Of a stretch of 64,000 nt of DNA, positions 60,200 to 64,000 are shown in pieces (position 1 is the stretch's first letter; every line of letters starts with the position of its first letter). Both the position numbers and the translations under genes were made by a program. Where the stretch lies: assembly GCA_965230955.1 (NCBI GenBank), contig OZ246404.1, forward strand, positions 33,184-97,183. Direction: 5' to 3'. This DNA is from an uncultured Candidatus Saccharibacteria bacterium (GTDB lineage Bacteria; Patescibacteriota; CALEFQ01). Under the pieces are notes generated by a model that had not been told where the DNA came from, ran no database searches, and was given only the letters and a program-made list of their open reading frames with translations.

Positions 60200-60339
60200 T
60201 AAAATATTTGATCTGGTGAATCCATTTCGTCTGCCCCAGGCTGACTAAGGTGTGTAAACCTGACTGCCTGCCAGCCATAGTTCGGAGAGCAAAGGCGGCT
60301 CCGAGTGGCAGATGTCCCTTTCCATCAGTACAATTGATT

Positions 60340-60981
60340 ATGGATCTAAAAGAGATAGAAAAAGAAATAGCCGTCTGTACTAAGTGTGGTTTGCATACCG
60401 GCCGAACTCATACGGTCCCGGGTGAAGGGAGTTCGTGCGCGGAGGTGATGTTTATCGGGGAAGGTCCCGGGGAGAAGGAAGATTTGCAGGGACGGCCTTT
60501 TGTCGGGGCGGCGGGAAAATATCTGGCACAGCTTTTGGAAATGATTGGCTGGAAACGCGAGGATGTTTTTATCGCCAACGTGGTCAAGTGCCGCCCTCCC
60601 CAAAACCGCGATCCATTTCCGGAAGAAGTGGAGATTTGCACGACTAATTATTTATTTCGACAAATAGCGGCCATCAAACCGGCGGTGATCGTGACTCTCG
60701 GGCGTCACTCGATGAATCGTTTTATCCCTAATCGTATTATTTCCCGGGATCATGGTAAACCGGTTCGGATAAAAAATCAGGTCTATTATCCGATTTATCA
60801 TCCGGCGGCGGCGCTTTATCGGGGCGGCTTGCGGACTGATATCGAGGCTGATTTTCGTAAACTGCCGGCTCTGGTGAAAAAAGTAAAAACACGGCCCAAA
60901 ATGGGAAAAACCCCGCCCCCTCTTGACAAGATTAATAAAAGTGATAAGATCACACCATCGCAACAGCAACCGTTGTTGTGA
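60340..60981 (+). CDS. udg: uracil-DNA glycosylase family 4
   Basis: CxxC, GEGPG, PFVG, KCRPPQNR, YHPAA; start ATG 60340. Confidence 0.95.
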   Translation: MDLKEIEKEIAVCTKCGLHTGRTHTVPGEGSSCAEVMFIGEGPGEKEDLQGRPFVGAAGKYLAQLLEMIGWKREDVFIANVVKCRPPQNRDPFPEEVEICTTNYLFRQIAAIKPAVIVTLGRHSMNRFIPNRIISRDHGKPVRIKNQVYYPIYHPAAALYRGGLRTDIEADFRKLPALVKKVKTRPKMGKTPPPLDKINKSDKITPSQQQPLL

Positions 60982-61286
60982 AGGTGGACAACTCTGCAGC
61001 TCCCTTTTGTGAAAGGAGAGGACAATGAGATTCATGGCTGGAGGTTAAAAATGACAAGGGCAACAGCCCCACTGAACCCGCAAGGCGCCTATCGATTTAT
61101 CGATTAGACACTTGCGGGTCTTTTTTATCTGACGTTAAATACAAAAAACAACCTTAGAAAGGTTGTTTTTATATTGACGCGATAGATTTAACTGATACGC
61201 CGGAAAAGATGTTTTTACGGATCAGCCTAAGGAAGAATCAATATGCCCTTGCGGCACATTGCTTTCATCCTGAGATTGTCGAAGGA

Positions 61287-61363
61287 TGGTGACCTCGAGA
61301 GGATTCGAACCTCTGATCTCCAGCTCCGGAGGCTGGCGCTCTATCCAACTGAGCTACGAGGCC
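61287..61363 (-). tRNA. tRNA-Arg(CCG)
   Basis: CCAGC-CTCCGGA-GCTGG, GGTTCGAATCC, CCA. Confidence 0.95.
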
Positions 61364-61466
61364 CTACTACGCTCCTTGTTTCACTCGGAGCTTCGTAGGG
61401 CAGGCTGTGCTGAATTATTACAGCTACCTGCCCTACGAAGCGCGAACGAAGTGAGCGCGAAGTAGG
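61364..61466. mobile_element. REPIN/MITE-like palindromic insert flanked by 13-bp direct repeats
   Basis: 15-bp IR 61390-61404/61427-61441; GAGCTACGAGGCC at 61351 and 61467. Confidence 0.65.
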
Positions 61467-61631
61467 GAGCTACGAGGCCATGACCCCGCCCAGGCGGGGA
61501 AATCAAAATTTAAAAATCAAAGTTTAAAGGAAATACAAAGTTTAAAATCAAAAAATTTGATTTATAATTTTTGATTTCTACTTCTTTTGAACTTTTTATT
61601 TTGAGCTTTAACTTCCGCCGTAGCGGCGGTA

Positions 61632-61719
61632 TGGTGCCTGGGGCGGGACTCGAACCCGCAATCCCGATTAGGGAATCAGATTTTAAGTCTGACGCGTATA
61701 CCAATTCCACCACCCAGGC
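61632..61719 (-). tRNA. tRNA-Leu(TAA)
   Basis: TCAGA-CTTAAAA-TCTGA, long variable arm, CCA. Confidence 0.95.
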
Positions 61720-61790
61720 GAACTAGTCTTTAGTCATTAGTTCCTAGTCGTTCGGGGCTAAAGACAAAAGACTAATGACTACAGACTGAT

Positions 61791-61866
61791 TGGAGGCGTG
61801 GGCGGGAGTCGAACCCGCGAATGACGGTTTTGCAAACCGTTGCCTTAGCCACTTGGCTACCACGCC
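61791..61866 (-). tRNA. tRNA-Cys(GCA)
   Basis: ACGGT-TTGCAAA-ACCGT, U discriminator, CCA. Confidence 0.95.
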
Positions 61867-61973
61867 GACTTGCTTGAGATATGGAAATAATACTAAATAG
61901 ACGGGCTTAAGTCAACGCGCGATTTATCGGATCAAACGAAAAGCCACTCGAACGATTGAGTGGCTTTTCCGAT

Positions 61974-62600
61974 TTACTGGCTCGCGCCAGCAATTTCGAT
62001 TATTTCTACTTTCAGCGGGCGTCGCCCGAAGGCGAAAGCCTCTTTTTTACTAAGTAGGGCAATATCGAAGTGATTACCTTTGATGGCGCCACCGCGGTCT
62101 TCGACACGAAAGATCATATCTGGATCATAGTCTGGCAGACGGATTAAAGTGCCGAATTTGTATTGCGGGGGAGCGGCAATGGTGCCGTAGTGCAGGGTGC
62201 TGCCGGAAGCTGTTCGCCACGGATCGCCGTCGCACTCGTCCACGCTAGGCGTGTAGGCGGTAAAGTTACCGGTCAGAGTTTGGGTAACGCGGATATCTTC
62301 CAAAGGGATGTCACGCAATTCTCCGCGGGCTACCTGCGCCAGGCGGGTCGCTTTACGCTGTTCTTCCAGCGCTTGGCGTTCCTGCTGTTTTTGGAGGGCT
62401 AATTTTTCATACTGCTTTTTGCGCATCAATTGCTTGATCTCGGACAAGGCTTTGCGATTTTCATAGACATTGTAGTCAACTCCGAAATCTTGCGGACCCT
62501 GATTAAGTTCAGCCGCAAAGGCCTGATTCATGGCAAAAAGAGGAAATTGAAAGTATAGAATGCAGAAAACTGAACCGATGGCAGTTACTAGTTTTCTAAT
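61974..62600 (-). CDS. 3D-domain cell-wall protein, probable ATT start
   Basis: TAY, TASG, IAA, VEDRGGAIKGNHFD; signal peptide only if extended to ATT 62600. Confidence 0.85.
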   Translation of the reverse strand: MRKLVTAIGSVFCILYFQFPLFAMNQAFAAELNQGPQDFGVDYNVYENRKALSEIKQLMRKKQYEKLALQKQQERQALEEQRKATRLAQVARGELRDIPLEDIRVTQTLTGNFTAYTPSVDECDGDPWRTASGSTLHYGTIAAPPQYKFGTLIRLPDYDPDMIFRVEDRGGAIKGNHFDIALLSKKEAFAFGRRPLKVEIIEIAGASQ

Positions 62601-62728
62601 ATGTTTGGTGGTCGAACGGCGGATTTACCCTGATCGAAACAATCGGAGTTGAGGGAATCACGTCGTTTCGCTAATGAGCCTCTAAAAAACTCGGTTAGTT
62701 ACAACCGAGCTCTTTTAGAGAACCCGGC

Positions 62729-62757
62729 ATTGTATCATATATAATCTATATTGTCAA
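62729..62757 (-). promoter_or_regulatory. sigma70 promoter of the 3D-domain gene
   Basis: TTGACA-17-TACAAT. Confidence 0.8.
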
Positions 62758-63013
62758 TAGAAAGGGGGTATTTCCAACAAAAAAAGGCTTATATAAGCCC
62801 AAAAAGCATGATTTAGATTCGCAATCAGCACATTATAGGGCGGGAGTGATATGGCGTCAAGGCAAACACGGCAGAAAAGCTTAAAATTCAAGGCTTAAAA
62901 TCTAATAGAAATTTAAAGTTAAAAGCTTAAAAGAGTTGTTTTAAGCTTTATTTTTTGAATTTCCTTTAGATTTTAAGCTTTTAGCTTTAGATTTTGTGAT
63001 ATACTTCTCCCAT

Positions 63014-64000
63014 ATGCCCTCTTTTCTCATGAGTGAATTTAAGAGCCAGCGCGCATTTCAGGCGATTATTATCGTCTTGTGTCTTTTTTTGATTGCCTTT
63101 TTTGGCTTCAAGACAATGAGCGATCCCGATATCGGATGGCATCTTACGGCCGGTCAAGAGATTCTGGCGCGCGGCGGGATTCCGCAGAGTGATTGGTTTA
63201 CGAATAGTTTTGCCAATTTCGGCTGGATTGACCATGAATGGTTGACCAATATTCTTTTGTTTAAGCTCTATTCACTGGGCGGCCCTTTTTTACTGAGCGT
63301 TTTATTCAGTGGCTTGATGGTTTTTCTTTTTGCTTATCTTGTCCCGAAAACGGTCGACTCGCCTCTACCGGTTTACCAAAATTTAATTATCGGGACGCTG
63401 GGCGCGGGTGTAGTCACATTTTATGTCGGGGTACGCCCGCAATTGCTGACGTTGCTGGGGGTGGCTCTGTTACTAATCATATTCCAAAAATTGCGCCGAA
63501 ATCCGTCTTCGCGAGCGATCTACTGGCTACCGGTTCTCTTTCTGGTTTGGGCTAATCTCCATGCCAGTTTCCCGGTCGGTTTGGGAATTTTTGCTCTCTT
63601 GCTGATTTTCGAAGCCATGAAACGGCGGGTGTTGGATAAGAACGGGGAATTCTGGTTTGCGGAACAAAAAAACACTTTAGTGCCAGCGGTGATCAAAAAA
63701 CTCTGTTTTATTTTCCCGCTGGCGATAGCCGCGACCTTAGTTAATCCCTATTGGTGGCGGATATACGTTGAGATCTATCGGACCCTGTTTGATCGCTATG
63801 GGACGCGCGAGATTATGGAGTGGCTGGCACCGGATATCACCCAGACGTACGGGATGGTTTTTGCCTTTTATCTCTGTTTTTTACTGATCGTGTTTTTCTT
63901 CCGGCGCGCCAAAATTGATCTGACTCAATTTGTTTTGTTTTTGGCTTTCTTGGTGGCGTCGCTGATGAGTCTGCGCCACATTCCTTTATTTGTCATCGTG
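63014..64000 (+). CDS. multi-TM protein, GT-C-like, runs off window (not in ORF track)
   Basis: DPDIGWHL..G..I, WIDHEWL, RPQ, WANLHAS, LVNPYW. Confidence 0.8.
   Translation, partial: MPSFLMSEFKSQRAFQAIIIVLCLFLIAFFGFKTMSDPDIGWHLTAGQEILARGGIPQSDWFTNSFANFGWIDHEWLTNILLFKLYSLGGPFLLSVLFSGLMVFLFAYLVPKTVDSPLPVYQNLIIGTLGAGVVTFYVGVRPQLLTLLGVALLLIIFQKLRRNPSSRAIYWLPVLFLVWANLHASFPVGLGIFALLLIFEAMKRRVLDKNGEFWFAEQKNTLVPAVIKKLCFIFPLAIAATLVNPYWWRIYVEIYRTLFDRYGTREIMEWLAPDITQTYGMVFAFYLCFLLIVFFFRRAKIDLTQFVLFLAFLVASLMSLRHIPLFVIV

Noticed and set aside
60213-60328. Hammerhead ribozyme on the minus strand
   Set aside because: CTGATGG rather than CTGANGA, and no proper stem I/III arrangement
62601-62725. c-di-AMP (ydaO) riboswitch
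   Set aside because: Context fits, but the GCUGAAUCC and CAGCUAAC consensus blocks are absent

Overview
Bacterial chromosome segment (standard code, TGA used as stop) whose gene content points to Patescibacteria/CPR; this assignment is inference. Core genes: tilS (partial), ftsH, two tandem TrmB-like regulators, a minus-strand gpmI-histidine kinase-response regulator-type IV pilus cluster, CCA-adding enzyme, infB-rbfA-DHH-cdaA-cdaR-clpP, probable 6S RNA-rny-ymdB-hup, mgtE, rnhB, yraN, nusA, hppA, tig, nfo and udg, plus six tRNAs and two parS-like sites. Three signals stand out. (1) A tandem array of three ~0.8-1.35 kb integrase-less mini-elements at the 3' end of tRNA-Pro (46654-49809), with repeated TGGTCGG junctions, a conserved 49-52 aa protein, shared palindromes, a pseudoknot RNA motif and variable cargo. 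(2) An 81-nt promoter-driven hairpin RNA displaying an anti-Shine-Dalgarno loop (992-1072), in a window where most housekeeping genes lack SD motifs but over a dozen orphan genes carry strong AGGAGG and their own promoters. (3) About 25 intergenic 7-9-mer tandem arrays, mostly inverted pairs, in several sequence families. All calls were made by eye, with no database searches.
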